In this document: positions 62,525-64,000 of the stretch, piece by piece | Numbering within the stretch: the first letter of the stretch is position 1 | Layout of the letters: each line of letters starts with the position of its first letter | Source of the DNA: Anthoceros angustus | Lineage: Eukaryota; Plantae; Anthocerotophyta | DNA length: 64,000 nt | NCBI GenBank assembly: GCA_010909165.1 | Contig: MU008202.1 | Location: 62,001-126,000, forward strand | Direction of reading: 5' to 3' | Position numbers and translations under genes: made by a program | The notes under the pieces: model-generated | What the model saw: the letters and a program-made list of their open reading frames with translations, nothing else | Databases searched by the model: none | Told to the model about the DNA's origin: nothing

Positions 62525-62910
62525 GAGGTTAGTTGATGTCTAAGATGAAGAAAATTTTTACTCAATTCAGAGACTTTATAGATATTTCAAAGTATACATC
62601 AAAGTCCCGCACTAGGTTTATTTTATAGATATTGTAAAGTATACCTCGAAGTCCCGCACTCGGTTTTTTGTCTGGAGTAACCCGATAGGGCACTAACAAC
62701 TGGCGGACGTGGGTTTACTTTATAGATATTTTAAAATATACATTGAAGTCCTGCACTGGGTTTTTGTATCTGGAGTAACCCCATAGAGCACTAACAACTA
62801 CCGTGGGTCGGGCAATACGAGGCTAGTTGCTGATGTCTAGGATGAAGAAAACTTTTCCTGAATTCAGACACTTTATAGATATTTCAAAGTATATATCGAA
62901 GTCTCGTGGG
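62525..62910. repeat. Array of TTTATAGATATT..AAAGTATA..AAGTC subrepeats (another copy near 63590), transposon-like
   Basis: The core motif occurs four times, and CTGGAGTAACCC..AG.GCACTAACAACT twice. Confidence 0.75.
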
Positions 62911-64000
62911 TCGGGTCCTACGGGTTAGTTATTATCGTAGGAGCCAATGGTTTTGGACGAAATTTAATTAATTATAGCAACTATCAAAATTTTAAAAAAT
63001 ATTGAAATGAGTGACGAAAACTAAAATATGCAAATGGTAAGAGCCGAAAACATGCTGGTGTGCACATACCTCGGTTGTGAGGAGCAAGAGAGTGCACATC
63101 TCGGCCCAAGGAGGGGGAGAGTGCACTCCTCCGCCACTGAGATCCAATCTCCCGGTAGCACAGCAAGATTGGATTCAATTCTTCGAGGGGTCCTGGAATC
63201 TTGTGCAGCTAAAGCCTATGTTGCAGTATATTCTACACCTCTACTTAGGTACCCATCTATTTCATTTGGTATTGAAACCTAGGTTATGAGCCAGTCTTAA
63301 AAGGCTAAGATTAGGTAAATAGATAAAAAAAATTATAATATTTATTCATTATCTTTTCTATTCATTTATAAGTTATGATGTATTATAAAATTATATAGGA
63401 AGATATATTATTCTATATATTTAATATACTATTGAAATATAAAACATCAATGTATATTTTGTTAAAAACTAAAATTATAAACTCATACAAGTTGAATTTA
63501 TTTTTTCAAAAAACTAATTATTTGACATTAGGGTGTCCAAACCGGTGGCTCTTCGGTAATGTGTAAGATGAAAAAAATTTTACAAAATTTAGAGACTTAA
63601 TAAATATTTCAAAGTATACATTCAAGTCCCGAGGTTTTTTATGAAGAATGCCCAGCACACGGGAGACGAGGGCATGATGTTTGCGGCCATGAAGCGAGGG
63701 GATGAGTGATAACCCATCCAAACATTGATCAGTCCCAAGGACGCTGAAGTTCCGATGAACTCATGGAGTTCTAATATACTCATGTTTGGATGTAAAAACA
63801 TGAACAAAACTTGCTAGAACACTAGCATCCCAACAACATGACAACATACGGCAAATGTTGTAAGGCCAAGTCTTCCTCACCAAATTTCAATCATTCAAAA
63901 CTGTAAGGGTTGAAGAACAACGCGAGAATGAAAGTACGGGAGGGAAGATGACAAATCTTAATGGATTTAGAAGCACCTGTAGTTTGAAAATGGGCGATTG

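Overview
This is eukaryotic nuclear DNA from a compact, gene-dense, seed-free land plant. Short GT-AG introns, GC-rich exons and flagellar genes suggest a bryophyte such as a hornwort, but that identity is inference. All family assignments come from motifs recognised by eye; no database search was run. Recognisable genes, in order: proteasome alpha-6 (PAA), DCN1-like, an intronless LKR-only lysine-ketoglutarate reductase plus a truncated tandem copy, a WD40 protein, a subgroup-22 R2R3-MYB, CCT7, RPS4, a COPI-associated/TVP15-like membrane protein, a DUF674 protein, a CCDC24-like protein, radial spoke RSP10/RSPH1, a LysM exon, FBL4 and SLT1/FYD-like. Mobile DNA comprises a decayed CRE-clade non-LTR retrotransposon (~21.6-25.5 kb) and two TIR elements (~29.2-30.0 kb, ~61.9-62.5 kb). 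The most notable observation is the intronless, AT-rich, plant-type LKR that stops before the SDH domain. Others: two independent tandem duplications bounded by 7-8 bp microhomology; sharply AT-rich islands holding apparently intact genes (LKR, RSP10); a bacterial-style LysM exon; and a ~9.5 kb microsatellite-dense stretch with no recognisable CDS. Many 1-bp indels between duplicated copies look like unpolished long-read errors, so frameshifts there are uncertain.
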